From NCBI GenBank assembly GCA_964016885.1, contig OZ024741.1, positions 325,624,001 to 325,688,000 on the forward strand: a DNA stretch of 64,000 nucleotides, in the 5' to 3' direction. A program made the translations under genes and the position numbers. The notes under the pieces are model-generated. The model saw only the letters and a list, made by a program, of their open reading frames with translations. It did no database searches and was not told where the DNA came from. Position 1 is the stretch's first letter. Each line of letters begins with the position of its first letter. This stretch comes from Eledone cirrhosa. Lineage: Eukaryota. Shown here piece after piece: positions 24,284 through 38,251 of the stretch.

Positions 24284-25165
24284 TTCGTTAAAGGGTTTCC
24301 AGTAGATATGTTTCATGTGATATTTTTCCTTTCGTAACATCATGAATATTTTTGTTGCTACATTTTCAGTGACTTTACATTGTCACCATAATACAAAACA
24401 TAATATTTGATTATAGTTTCTGCTTTCTTACTGATATACACGGAGTTCCTTTTCCTAATGTATATCACATAAACATGTGTCTTTTATTCTCTTTTTCCCC
24501 ACATGTTAACTTGAGAGATATGTCTGTTTAGGGGAGAGTTTGTTGGATATTAATATTGTTGTGTAATAAGGAGTGAAGTTAGGGAGGGGGAAATCTATTA
24601 TATCGACACCAGTTCATTACTTGTACTTTATTTTAACAAGCCAGTTAAGATGAAAGGCAAAGTTAACCTTGGTGACATTTGAACTTAGAAAGTGAAGGGA
24701 CGTAACTATATGCTGCATAGCATGTTGTCCGACATATACTGACACTGCCAATCCATCGCCCCTATATGTATATAAAGGCTAACATTTGTGAGACATTTAA
24801 TAAAAAAGATATATAAACCAACCCCTTAAACACTGTCATTGAAACTGATAGAATGTAATTATTTTCAAATAAATATTCATTAATAAGATATATAGGGATT
24901 GTTTCTCGCTTGATTTTCTATTTATCGTTGAAAAATCTTTATACACCATAGACAAATTGATAGAAAAAAATGTAAGTCATCCACAACTTTGAAATCTTGC
25001 TCTTATTCCCCTCTCAGAATGAAGCTAAACAATACTCAAGTTGATGTTAAACAATCTACGATATTTGTTTTTATTAAAATCAAATGTAAATTATTACACC
25101 GCTCTCTAAAAGTACGAGAATGGATGAATAAATAAAAGTATTGATCAAGATAGCAGTGACTAACA

Positions 25166-25247
25166 GCTGTGGTTGCCGAGTGGTTAAGGCGTTGGACTTG
25201 AAATGCAATGGGATATTTCCTCACAGGTTTGAATCCTTTCCGCTGCG
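25166..25247 (+). pseudogene. tRNA-Ser(TGA) pseudogene
   Basis: TGA anticodon; B box GGTTTGA and several stem mismatches. Confidence 0.82.
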
Positions 25248-25764
25248 TTCTTTAAATGCTTTTCTTTTACAACATGATATTTTTACATTTGAAAATCATG
25301 AATTCTTTAATTGTTACAATGTTCGTGACTTTATATTGTTTAATTTAAAATATTTTGTATCACAATAACACCATACTTAATAATATTTGATTTTATGAGC
25401 TCTTGTGTTACGGATATGGACGTTTTTCTCTTTTCCTTAATGTATATCACATTAATGACTTTTATTCTTTTTTTCCGACATGCTAAATTGAGTGATATGT
25501 TTATGTTTTGGGGAGAGTTTGTTGATATTGTTGATGTAATAATATAGCATGTGTGAAGAAGTCACAATAGGACACATATTTCAATGTTTTACATTAAGAG
25601 ATAGGGAACACTGTTTATATCAGTAACAAAAGAATACATGATATCAAAGATATCTAGAATTATGGTAATACGAAGTATTCGATATTCAACCATCTAATGT
25701 GAAATAATCAAAATATTCGTGATTATCTAATGTAAAAAATTCAATTGAGAAAAACGTAAGTAAG

Positions 25765-25845
25765 CGCTGTGGACAGGATTCGAACATGAACGGGAATATT
25801 ACATTGGATTTGAGTCCAATGTCTTAACCACTCGGTTATCGTAAC
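25765..25845 (-). pseudogene. tRNA-Ser pseudogene
   Basis: Homologue with a 1-nt anticodon-loop deletion and stem mismatches. A further partial copy lies at 26351-26403. Confidence 0.8.
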
Positions 25846-27014
25846 TACATAGGACCGTTGTCGTATTTGACAATATTGAACATTTATAAAATGTGGTACA
25901 GGAAATATATTAGAAGTCATGAAAGAAAAAAAACCTTCATGTGATTATTAGTCAACTGTTATATACGAAGTAAATACGAGGTTATAAATTTGTGAATTAA
26001 ATAACAATAAAAATTATATATAAATGTATTAGGTTTCTGGTTTAAGCAGAAATCCAACAATTTTGGGGGAGGGAAAAATCTATCATATCGACACCAGTGC
26101 ATTACTGGTATTTGATTTTAACAAGCCAGTTAAGATGAAAGACAAAGCTAACGTCGGCGGGATTTGTACTCGGAACGTGCAGAGACGTAACTATATGCTG
26201 CAGAGCAATTTGTCCGACGTATACTGGCAATGCCAATCCAATCGTTGTAAAACGAAGTATTCTATATTGAACCATGTAATATGAAATGATCAAAATATTC
26301 CTGATTATCTAATGTAAAAAATTCAATTGAAAAAAAAAAGCGTAAATAAATGCTGTGAACAGGAGTCGATCATGGATGGTAATAACCCATTGGAGTTCGA
26401 GTCACGATAAAAAAAAAAAAATTCACAGGAAAAATAATTTCGGGTGATTATTATTCACCTGTTATATACAAGCTAGATACTAGGTTATTAATTTGAGAAT
26501 TAAATAACAATAAACGTCATGGGTTTATTAATGGTTTCTGATTTAAGCAGAAAACCAACAATTTTTGGGGAGGGGAAAATCTATTATATACCGCTTAGCG
26601 TATTGTCCGACGCATACTGACACTGCCAATCCATCGGCCTCATAGGTATATAAAGCCAATCATTTGTGTGACATTTAATAAAAAGATATATAAACCAACG
26701 CCTTAAACATTTTGTCATTGAAACTGATAGAACGCAATTATTTTGAAATAAATATTTATTAATACGATATCAGTTTCTCGTTTGTTTTTCTATATCTGGC
26801 TGAAAAATCTGTATACATCATGAACAACTTGACATAAAAAATCTCAAAGTCATCCTCAACCTTGAATTCTTACTCTTATTCCCCTCTCAGAGTGAAGCTA
26901 AATGATACTCAAGTTGTTTTTCTTAAAATTAAATGAAAATTATTACACCGTTCTCTATAAGTACCAGAATGGATGAATAAATAAAAGTGTTGATCAAGAA
27001 ATCAGCAACTAACA

Positions 27015-27096
27015 GCTGTAGTGGCCGAGTGGTTAAGGCATTAGACTTGAAATCTAATGAGATGTTCCCTCACAGGTTCGAATCCTGTCCGCAGCG
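27015..27096 (+). tRNA. tRNA-Ser-TGA: tRNA-Ser(TGA), best-preserved TGA copy (function uncertain)
   Basis: A and B boxes intact, anticodon stem TTAGA/TCTAA paired, T arm perfect; A6-C67 mismatch and a weakened variable arm. Confidence 0.55.
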
Positions 27097-27689
27097 TTCG
27101 TTAAGTTTTTCAACTGATATCTTTACATTTGAAAATCATGAATATTTTAGTTGTTACATTTTAAATATTTTTTAACACCATAATAATACATAATAATTGT
27201 TTCTATTTTTAGTACAAGGCCAGCAATTATCCCAGTGCATTACTGGTACTCTATTTTATCGACCCCGTAAGGATGAATGGCAAAGTTAACCTCGGCGGGA
27301 TGATAGTATTTGATTTTATGAGCTCTTGATATAGACGTTGTTCCCTTTTTCCTTAATGTATATCACATAGATATGTGTCTTTTATTCTCTTTTCCTCACA
27401 TACTAAATTGAATGATATTTTATGTTTTGGGGAGAATTTGTTGGGTATTAATATTGTTGATGTAATAATATAGCATGTGTGAAGAAGTCACAATAGGACA
27501 CATATTTCAATGATTTACATTGAGAGATATAGAACACTGTTTATATCAGTAACAAAAGAACACATGATATGAAAGATATCTAGAATTATGGTAATACAAG
27601 TATTCTATATTCAACCATCTAATGTGAAATAATCAAAATATTCGTGATTATCTAATGTAAAAAATTCAATTTAGTAGAACGTAAATAAG

Positions 27690-27771
27690 CGCTGTGGACA
27701 GGATTCGAACTTGAACGGGCATATTACATTGTAACTCAAGTCCAACGTCTTAACCAATCGGCCATCGGAAC
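27690..27771 (-). pseudogene. tRNA-Ser pseudogene
   Basis: Full-length degenerate homologue. Confidence 0.8.
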
Positions 27772-28397
27772 TACATGGAATCGTTGTCGCATTTGACAAT
27801 ATTGAACATTTATTAAATGTAGTACAGGAAATATATTAAAAATATGAAAAAATAAACTTCACAGGAAAAAGAATTTCACGTGATTATTAGTCACCTGTTA
27901 TAAATGTGGTAAACCCTAGGTTAAAAATTTGGTAATTAAATAATAATAGAAGTTTATAAATGGTTTATGATTTTGGTTCCTGATTTAAGCAGAAAGCCAG
28001 CAATTCTTGGGGAGGGGAAAATATATTATATCGACACCAGTGCCTTACTGGTACTTTGTTTTAACAAGCCAGTTAAGATGAAAGGCAAAGCTATCCTCGG
28101 CGGGATTTGAACTCAGAACGTGAAGAGACGTAACTTGTTTGTAGGGTATTAATATTGTTGGTGTAATAACATAGCATATGTGAAGAAGTCACAATAGGAC
28201 ACATATTTCAATAATCTACATTGAGAGATAGGGAACACATTTTATATCATTAACAAAAGAATACATGATCTCAAATATATATAGAATTATGGTAATGGAA
28301 AGTATTCTATAATATAGTGAACCATCTAATATGAAATAAGCAAAATATTCGTGTTTATCTAATGTAAAACACGCAACTGAGTAAACAGGCATTTAAA

Positions 28398-28479
28398 CGC
28401 TGTAAACAGGATTCGAACCTGTGCGGGAATATCCCATTGGATTTCGAGTCCAACGCCTTAACCACTCGGCCATTACAGC
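28398..28479 (-). tRNA. tRNA-Ser-CGA: tRNA-Ser(CGA), intact
   Basis: Identical to 23656-23737. Confidence 0.95.
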
Positions 28480-28519
28480 TATATGAAAAGACTTGCGTAT
28501 TTGGCGATATTATATTTTT

Positions 28520-28702
28520 GTGGATTGGCAGTATCGGTAGAGGGTCGGACGCCATGCTTTGAAGCATAGAGTTACCTCCCTTTATGATCTGAGTTCAAAT
28601 CCCGCCGAGGTTAACTTTGCCTTTCATCCTTACAGGGTCGATACAATAAAGTACCAGTAATACACTGGGATAATTGCTGGCCTTGTGTCAAAAGTAGAAA
28701 CA
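28520..28702 (+). mobile_element. SINE family A inserted ~40 bp upstream of tRNA-Ser(CGA)
   Basis: Full body; imperfect TSD attatat(t/g)ttt; empty site present in the array units. Confidence 0.88.
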
Positions 28703-29403
28703 ATTATATGTTTATAGAACATGGTATAGGCTGGACCAAAAGTCACTTCCTATTAAAAAGATTTCTTAATTTTTTTTATTATGAAAGATACATATTTTTT
28801 TCTTTCAGACTAATGTTGAATTAAAACGATATCGAATTATGAAATTTAATTTAAAGATAAAAAATGTTAGTTTTGAGTTAATTTGTAATGTTTTATTAAT
28901 AAAAATAGGTAAGAAGTGACTTTTGGCTCAATCTGTACTTATATAAATACTATACTATTATAAATATTGTGCTATAAACGCTCACAAGATAAAGCATTTA
29001 TGTCAGTATTACCTGCAATGTATGTCCTAAACATTAGATTATTAAGGGTGAATTAAAAAATAAACAAACATTTGATGTGACATTAATAAAAAGATATATA
29101 AACCCACGTCTTGAACACTGCGTTAATGCAGCTGATAGAACGTATTTTATAACAAATATTAATACTATATATATGTATTACTTTTCAATTGTTCTTTCAA
29201 TTCTCGTTGAAACATTTTCATATATCATTGACTAGCTCGCGGAAAACTCATGTTCAACTTGGAAATATCTCATTTATTATTTTTCAGAGAGAAGTTAACT
29301 GTTATTCCAGTTAATCTCAAACAACTTACGATATATGTTCATTCTCTATATGGACGAAAATCGGTGAATAAATGAGAATGTAGAAGCCGATTCTGACTGT
29401 AAA

Positions 29404-29485
29404 GCTGTGGTGGATGAGTGGTTAAGACGTTGGAATTAATATTCTGTGTGCTATTCTGGTGCAGGTTCGAATTCTGTCAGTCCCG
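29404..29485 (+). pseudogene. tRNA-Ser pseudogene
   Basis: Same degenerate lineage as 24202 and 44822. Confidence 0.78.
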
Positions 29486-30444
29486 TTCGTTAAAGGTTTT
29501 CCAGTAAATATTATTTTTCATGTGATATTTATACTTTCGTAACATCATAAATATTTTTGTTGCTACATTTTCAGTGACTTTACATTGTCACCATAATACC
29601 ACACACAACAATATTTGATTATAGTTTCTGTTATCTTACTGTTATAGACGGAGTTGCTTTTCCTAATGTATATCACATAAACATGTGTATTTTATTCTCT
29701 TTTCTCCACATGTTAAATTGAGAGATATGTTTATGTTTAGGGGAGAGTTTGTTTGGTATTAATACTGTTGTGTAATAAGGAGTGAAGGTAAAGAGGGGAA
29801 ATCTATTATATCGACACCAGTTCATTACTTGTACTTTATTTTAACAAGCCAGTTAAGATGAAAGGCAAAGTTAACCTCGGTGACATTAGAACTCAGAACG
29901 TGAAGGGACGTAACTATATGCTGCATAGCATGTTGTCCAGAATATACTGACACTGCCAATACATCGCCCCTATATGTATATAAACGTTTATATTTGTGTG
30001 ACATTTAATAAAAAGATATATAAGCCAACCTCTTAAACATTGTCATTGAAACTGATAGAACGTCATACGGGGTCGATAAAATAAAGTACCAGTAATGTAC
30101 TGGGTAATTGCTGGCCTTGTGCCAATAGTAGAAACAATTATTTTGAAATAAATATTCATTAAGAAGATATATAGGTATTGTTTCTCGCTTGATTTTCTAT
30201 TTCCCGTTGAAAAATCTTTATACACCATGGATAAATTGACAGAAACAAATCTAAGTCATCCACAACTTTGAAATCTTGCTCTTATTCCCCTCTCAGAATG
30301 AAGCTAAAGGATACTCAAGTTGATGTTAAACAATCTACGATATTTGTTTTTATCAAAATCAAATGAAAATGATTACACCGTTCTCTAAAAGTACGAGAAT
30401 GGATGAATAAATAAAAGTATTGATCAAGATAGCATAGACCAACA

Positions 30445-30526
30445 GTTGTGGTGGCTTAGTGGTTAAGGTGTTGGACTTCAAATACAGTGGTATATTCGCT
30501 CACAGATTCGAATCCTGTCCGCAGCG
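30445..30526 (+). pseudogene. tRNA-Ser-body gene with TCA anticodon (further copies at 32820, 35195, 37570, 39945, 42342)
   Basis: GTTGTGGTGGCTTAGTGGTTAAGGTGTTGGACT-TCA-AATACAGTGGTATATTCGCTCACAGATTCGAATCCTGTCCGCAGCG; anticodon-stem mismatch and G53A in the B box. Confidence 0.82.
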
Positions 30527-30652
30527 TTCGTTAATGGTTTTTCTTTAGAGATTAGCTTTCAACTGACATTTTTACTTTTGAAAATCATTATTGTTACATT
30601 TTTTGTGACTTTATATTGTTCGATTTAAAATATTTTGTATCACCATAATAAT

Positions 30653-30718
30653 GTTTAAGGAAGTTGGACTCAAAATCCAATGGAATATTTGTGCTATGTT
30701 CGAAACCTGATCGCAGCG
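30653..30718 (+). pseudogene. 5'-deleted tRNA-Ser fragment with CAA anticodon (repeated every 2375 bp)
   Basis: ttggact-CAA-aatccaatgg...gttcgaaacctgatcgcagcg; A box lost. Confidence 0.78.
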
Positions 30719-31044
30719 CTTAATTTGGGGTATTCTTTTTCAGTTATTTTTAATTTACATTTGTTTTATTTGTTAAGTTTCTGGTCCCATTAGATTGTTC
30801 AATTAACAATATTTCGTATCGCCATATGGATTTCTCGTTTTTACTAATGTATATCACATAAATATGTGTCTGTTATTCTCTTTTTCCCCCACTTGCTACA
30901 TTGAGTGATATGTTTATGTTGGGTATTAATATTGTTGGTGAATTCAAAGTATTCTATAATATAGTGAACCATCTAACATGAAATAAGCAAAATATTCGTG
31001 CTTATCTAACGTAAAAAACCCAACTGAGTAAACAGGTATTTAAA

Positions 31045-31126
31045 CGCTGTAAACAGGATTCGAACCTGTGCGGGAATATCCCATTGGATTTCGAGTCCAA
31101 CGCCTTAACCACTCGGCCATTACAGC
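31045..31126 (-). tRNA. tRNA-Ser-CGA: tRNA-Ser(CGA), intact
   Basis: Identical to 23656-23737; T6 run ~28 nt downstream on the minus strand. Confidence 0.95.
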
Positions 31127-31788
31127 TATATGAAAAAAAGTTAAGTTTTTGTCAAATTATATTTTTATAGAACGTGGTATAGGCTGGATCAAAGGTCACT
31201 ACCTATTAAAAAAAATTCTTAATTGTTTTTATTATGAAAGATATATATTTTTGACTTTCAGACTAATGTTGAATTAAAACAATATTGAATTATGAAATTT
31301 AATTTAAAGATAAAAAAATGTTAGTTTTGAGTTAATTTGTAATGTTTTATTAATAAAAATAGGTAAGAAGTGACTTTTGGCTCACCCTGTACTTATATAA
31401 ATACTATACTATTATAAATATTGTGCAATAAACGCTCACCAGATAAAGCATTTATGTCAGTATTACCTGCAATGTACGTCCTAAACATTAGATTATTAAG
31501 GGTGAATAGAACGTATTTTGTAATAAATATCAATACTATGTATATGTATGGCTTTTCAATTGCTCTTTCATTTCTCGTTGAAACATTTTTATATATCATT
31601 GACTAGCTCACGGTAAAATATCTCGAACTCATGTTCAACTTGGAAATCTCTCATTTATTATTTTTCAGAGAGAAAGTTAAGTGTTACTCCAGTTAATCTT
31701 AAACAACTTACGATATATTTTCATTCTCTATATAGACGAAAATGGGTGAATAAACAAAAGTGTAGAAGAAGCCGATTTTTGCCGTACA

Positions 31789-31859
31789 GCTGTGGTTACG
31801 ACGTTGGAATTAATATTCAATGTGATATTCTGGTGCAGGTTCGAATTCTGTCAGTTGCC
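31789..31859 (+). pseudogene. Internally deleted tRNA-Ser pseudogene (repeated every 2375 bp)
   Basis: gctgtggttacgacgttggaatt...ggttcgaat; most of the D arm/A box deleted. Confidence 0.75.
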
Positions 31860-33419
31860 TTCGTTAAAGGTTTTCCAGTAGATATTATTTTTCATGTGAT
31901 ATTTTTCCTTTCGTAACATCATGAATATTTTTGTTGCTACATTTTCAGTGACTTAACATTGTCACCATAATACCACACACAACAATATTTGATTATAGTA
32001 TCTGTTATCTTACTGTTATAGACGGAGTTCCTTTTCCTAATGTATATCACATAAACATGTGTATTTTATTCTCTTTTCTCCACATGTTAAATTGAGAGAT
32101 ATGTCTATGTTTAGGGGAGAGTTTGTTTGGTATTAATACTGTTGTGTAATAAGGAGTGAAGGTAAAGAGGGGGAAATCTATTATATCGACACCAGTTCAT
32201 TACTTGTACTTTATTTTAACAAGCCAGTTAAGATGAAAGGCAAAGTTAACCTCGGTGACATTAGAACTCAGAACGTGAAGGGACGTAGCTATATGCTGCA
32301 TAGCATGTTGTCCAGAATATACTGACACTGCCAATACATCGCCCCTATATGTATATAAACGTTTATATTTGTGTGACATTTAATAAAAAGATATATAAAC
32401 CAACCTCTTAAACATTGTCATTGAAACTGATAGAACGTCATACGGGGTCGATAAAATAAAGTACCAGTAATGTACTGGGTAATTGCTGGCCTTGTGCCAA
32501 TAGTAGAAACAATTATTTTGAAATAAATATTCATTAAGAAGATATATAGGTATTGTTTCTCGCTTGATTTTCTATTTCCCGTTGAAAAATCTTTATACAC
32601 CATGGATAAATTGACAGAAACAAATCTAAGTCATCCACAACTTTGAAATCTTGCTCTTATTCCCCTCTCAGAATGAAGCTAAAGGATACTCAAGTTGATG
32701 TTAAACAATCTACGATATTTGTTTTTATCAAAATCAAATGAAAATGATTACACCGTTCTCTAAAAGTACGAGAATGGATGAATAAATAAAAGTATTGATC
32801 AAGATAGCATAGACCAACAGTTGTGGTGGCTTAGTGGTTAAGGTGTTGGACTTCAAATACAGTGGTATATTCGCTCACAGATTCGAATCCTGTCCGCAGC
32901 GTTCGTTAATGGTTTTTCTTTAGAGATTAGCTTTCAACTGACATTTTTACTTTTGAAAATCATTATTGTTACATTTTTTGTGACTTTATATTGTTCGATT
33001 TAAAATATTTTGTATCACCATAATAATGTTTAAGGAAGTTGGACTCAAAATCCAATGGAATATTTGTGCTATGTTCGAAACCTGATCGCAGCGCTTAATT
33101 TGGGGTATTCTTTTTCAGTTATTTTTAATTTACATTTGTTTTATTTGTTAAGTTTCTGGTCCCATTAGATTGTTCAATTAACAATATTTCGTATCGCCAT
33201 ATGGATTTCTCGTTTTTACTAATGTATATCACATAAATATGTGTCTGTTATTCTCTTTTTCCCCCACTTGCTACATTGAGTGATATGTTTATGTTGGGTA
33301 TTAATATTGTTGGTGAATTCAAAGTATTCTATAATATAGTGAACCATCTAACATGAAATAAGCAAAATATTCGTGCTTATCTAACGTAAAAAACCCAACT
33401 GAGTAAACAGGTATTTAAA

Positions 33420-33501
33420 CGCTGTAAACAGGATTCGAACCTGTGCGGGAATATCCCATTGGATTTCGAGTCCAACGCCTTAACCACTCGGCCATTACAG
33501 C
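33420..33501 (-). tRNA. tRNA-Ser-CGA: tRNA-Ser(CGA), intact
   Basis: Identical array copy. Confidence 0.95.
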
Positions 33502-35794
33502 TATATGAAAAAAAGTTAAGTTTTTGTCAAATTATATTTTTATAGAACGTGGTATAGGCTGGATCAAAGGTCACTACCTATTAAAAAAAATTCTTAATTG
33601 TTTTTATTATGAAAGATATATATTTTTGACTTTCAGACTAATGTTGAATTAAAACAATATTGAATTATGAAATTTAATTTAAAGATAAAAAAATGTTAGT
33701 TTTGAGTTAATTTGTAATGTTTTATTAATAAAAATAGGTAAGAAGTGACTTTTGGCTCACCCTGTACTTATATAAATACTATACTATTATAAATATTGTG
33801 CAATAAACGCTCACCAGATAAAGCATTTATGTCAGTATTACCTGCAATGTACGTCCTAAACATTAGATTATTAAGGGTGAATAGAACGTATTTTGTAATA
33901 AATATCAATACTATGTATATGTATGGCTTTTCAATTGCTCTTTCATTTCTCGTTGAAACATTTTTATATATCATTGACTAGCTCACGGTAAAATATCTCG
34001 AACTCATGTTCAACTTGGAAATCTCTCATTTATTATTTTTCAGAGAGAAAGTTAAGTGTTACTCCAGTTAATCTTAAACAACTTACGATATATTTTCATT
34101 CTCTATATAGACGAAAATGGGTGAATAAACAAAAGTGTAGAAGAAGCCGATTTTTGCCGTACAGCTGTGGTTACGACGTTGGAATTAATATTCAATGTGA
34201 TATTCTGGTGCAGGTTCGAATTCTGTCAGTTGCCTTCGTTAAAGGTTTTCCAGTAGATATTATTTTTCATGTGATATTTTTCCTTTCGTAACATCATGAA
34301 TATTTTTGTTGCTACATTTTCAGTGACTTAACATTGTCACCATAATACCACACACAACAATATTTGATTATAGTATCTGTTATCTTACTGTTATAGACGG
34401 AGTTCCTTTTCCTAATGTATATCACATAAACATGTGTATTTTATTCTCTTTTCTCCACATGTTAAATTGAGAGATATGTCTATGTTTAGGGGAGAGTTTG
34501 TTTGGTATTAATACTGTTGTGTAATAAGGAGTGAAGGTAAAGAGGGGGAAATCTATTATATCGACACCAGTTCATTACTTGTACTTTATTTTAACAAGCC
34601 AGTTAAGATGAAAGGCAAAGTTAACCTCGGTGACATTAGAACTCAGAACGTGAAGGGACGTAGCTATATGCTGCATAGCATGTTGTCCAGAATATACTGA
34701 CACTGCCAATACATCGCCCCTATATGTATATAAACGTTTATATTTGTGTGACATTTAATAAAAAGATATATAAACCAACCTCTTAAACATTGTCATTGAA
34801 ACTGATAGAACGTCATACGGGGTCGATAAAATAAAGTACCAGTAATGTACTGGGTAATTGCTGGCCTTGTGCCAATAGTAGAAACAATTATTTTGAAATA
34901 AATATTCATTAAGAAGATATATAGGTATTGTTTCTCGCTTGATTTTCTATTTCCCGTTGAAAAATCTTTATACACCATGGATAAATTGACAGAAACAAAT
35001 CTAAGTCATCCACAACTTTGAAATCTTGCTCTTATTCCCCTCTCAGAATGAAGCTAAAGGATACTCAAGTTGATGTTAAACAATCTACGATATTTGTTTT
35101 TATCAAAATCAAATGAAAATGATTACACCGTTCTCTAAAAGTACGAGAATGGATGAATAAATAAAAGTATTGATCAAGATAGCATAGACCAACAGTTGTG
35201 GTGGCTTAGTGGTTAAGGTGTTGGACTTCAAATACAGTGGTATATTCGCTCACAGATTCGAATCCTGTCCGCAGCGTTCGTTAATGGTTTTTCTTTAGAG
35301 ATTAGCTTTCAACTGACATTTTTACTTTTGAAAATCATTATTGTTACATTTTTTGTGACTTTATATTGTTCGATTTAAAATATTTTGTATCACCATAATA
35401 ATGTTTAAGGAAGTTGGACTCAAAATCCAATGGAATATTTGTGCTATGTTCGAAACCTGATCGCAGCGCTTAATTTGGGGTATTCTTTTTCAGTTATTTT
35501 TAATTTACATTTGTTTTATTTGTTAAGTTTCTGGTCCCATTAGATTGTTCAATTAACAATATTTCGTATCGCCATATGGATTTCTCGTTTTTACTAATGT
35601 ATATCACATAAATATGTGTCTGTTATTCTCTTTTTCCCCCACTTGCTACATTGAGTGATATGTTTATGTTGGGTATTAATATTGTTGGTGAATTCAAAGT
35701 ATTCTATAATATAGTGAACCATCTAACATGAAATAAGCAAAATATTCGTGCTTATCTAACGTAAAAAACCCAACTGAGTAAACAGGTATTTAAA

Positions 35795-35876
35795 CGCTGT
35801 AAACAGGATTCGAACCTGTGCGGGAATATCCCATTGGATTTCGAGTCCAACGCCTTAACCACTCGGCCATTACAGC
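35795..35876 (-). tRNA. tRNA-Ser-CGA: tRNA-Ser(CGA), intact
   Basis: Identical array copy. Confidence 0.95.
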
Positions 35877-38169
35877 TATATGAAAAAAAGTTAAGTTTTT
35901 GTCAAATTATATTTTTATAGAACGTGGTATAGGCTGGATCAAAGGTCACTACCTATTAAAAAAAATTCTTAATTGTTTTTATTATGAAAGATATATATTT
36001 TTGACTTTCAGACTAATGTTGAATTAAAACAATATTGAATTATGAAATTTAATTTAAAGATAAAAAAATGTTAGTTTTGAGTTAATTTGTAATGTTTTAT
36101 TAATAAAAATAGGTAAGAAGTGACTTTTGGCTCACCCTGTACTTATATAAATACTATACTATTATAAATATTGTGCAATAAACGCTCACCAGATAAAGCA
36201 TTTATGTCAGTATTACCTGCAATGTACGTCCTAAACATTAGATTATTAAGGGTGAATAGAACGTATTTTGTAATAAATATCAATACTATGTATATGTATG
36301 GCTTTTCAATTGCTCTTTCATTTCTCGTTGAAACATTTTTATATATCATTGACTAGCTCACGGTAAAATATCTCGAACTCATGTTCAACTTGGAAATCTC
36401 TCATTTATTATTTTTCAGAGAGAAAGTTAAGTGTTACTCCAGTTAATCTTAAACAACTTACGATATATTTTCATTCTCTATATAGACGAAAATGGGTGAA
36501 TAAACAAAAGTGTAGAAGAAGCCGATTTTTGCCGTACAGCTGTGGTTACGACGTTGGAATTAATATTCAATGTGATATTCTGGTGCAGGTTCGAATTCTG
36601 TCAGTTGCCTTCGTTAAAGGTTTTCCAGTAGATATTATTTTTCATGTGATATTTTTCCTTTCGTAACATCATGAATATTTTTGTTGCTACATTTTCAGTG
36701 ACTTAACATTGTCACCATAATACCACACACAACAATATTTGATTATAGTATCTGTTATCTTACTGTTATAGACGGAGTTCCTTTTCCTAATGTATATCAC
36801 ATAAACATGTGTATTTTATTCTCTTTTCTCCACATGTTAAATTGAGAGATATGTCTATGTTTAGGGGAGAGTTTGTTTGGTATTAATACTGTTGTGTAAT
36901 AAGGAGTGAAGGTAAAGAGGGGGAAATCTATTATATCGACACCAGTTCATTACTTGTACTTTATTTTAACAAGCCAGTTAAGATGAAAGGCAAAGTTAAC
37001 CTCGGTGACATTAGAACTCAGAACGTGAAGGGACGTAGCTATATGCTGCATAGCATGTTGTCCAGAATATACTGACACTGCCAATACATCGCCCCTATAT
37101 GTATATAAACGTTTATATTTGTGTGACATTTAATAAAAAGATATATAAACCAACCTCTTAAACATTGTCATTGAAACTGATAGAACGTCATACGGGGTCG
37201 ATAAAATAAAGTACCAGTAATGTACTGGGTAATTGCTGGCCTTGTGCCAATAGTAGAAACAATTATTTTGAAATAAATATTCATTAAGAAGATATATAGG
37301 TATTGTTTCTCGCTTGATTTTCTATTTCCCGTTGAAAAATCTTTATACACCATGGATAAATTGACAGAAACAAATCTAAGTCATCCACAACTTTGAAATC
37401 TTGCTCTTATTCCCCTCTCAGAATGAAGCTAAAGGATACTCAAGTTGATGTTAAACAATCTACGATATTTGTTTTTATCAAAATCAAATGAAAATGATTA
37501 CACCGTTCTCTAAAAGTACGAGAATGGATGAATAAATAAAAGTATTGATCAAGATAGCATAGACCAACAGTTGTGGTGGCTTAGTGGTTAAGGTGTTGGA
37601 CTTCAAATACAGTGGTATATTCGCTCACAGATTCGAATCCTGTCCGCAGCGTTCGTTAATGGTTTTTCTTTAGAGATTAGCTTTCAACTGACACTTTTAC
37701 TTTTGAAAATCATTATTGTTACATTTTTTGTGACTTTATATTGTTCGATTTAAAATATTTTGTATCACCATAATAATGTTTAAGGAAGTTGGACTCAAAA
37801 TCCAATGGAATATTTGTGCTATGTTCGAAACCTGATCGCAGCGCTTAATTTGGGGTATTCTTTTTCAGTTATTTTTAATTTACATTTGTTTTATTTGTTA
37901 AGTTTCTGGTCCCATTAGATTGTTCAATTAACAATATTTCGTATCGCCATATGGATTTCTCGTTTTTACTAATGTATATCACATAAATATGTGTCTGTTA
38001 TTCTCTTTTTCCCCCACTTGCTACATTGAGTGATATGTTTATGTTGGGTATTAATATTGTTGGTGAATTCAAAGTATTCTATAATATAGTGAACCATCTA
38101 ACATGAAATAAGCAAAATATTCGTGCTTATCTAACGTAAAAAACCCAACTGAGTAAACAGGTATTTAAA

Positions 38170-38251
38170 CGCTGTAAACAGGATTCGAACCTGTGCGGGA
38201 ATATCCCATTGGATTTCGAGTCCAACGCCTTAACCACTCGGCCATTACAGC
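38170..38251 (-). tRNA. tRNA-Ser-CGA: tRNA-Ser(CGA), intact
   Basis: Identical array copy. Confidence 0.95.

Noticed and set aside
30445-30526. Selenocysteine tRNA
   Set aside because: 82-nt canonical Ser fold derived from neighbouring Ser(TGA) genes; lacks the 9/4 acceptor-T architecture and long D stem.
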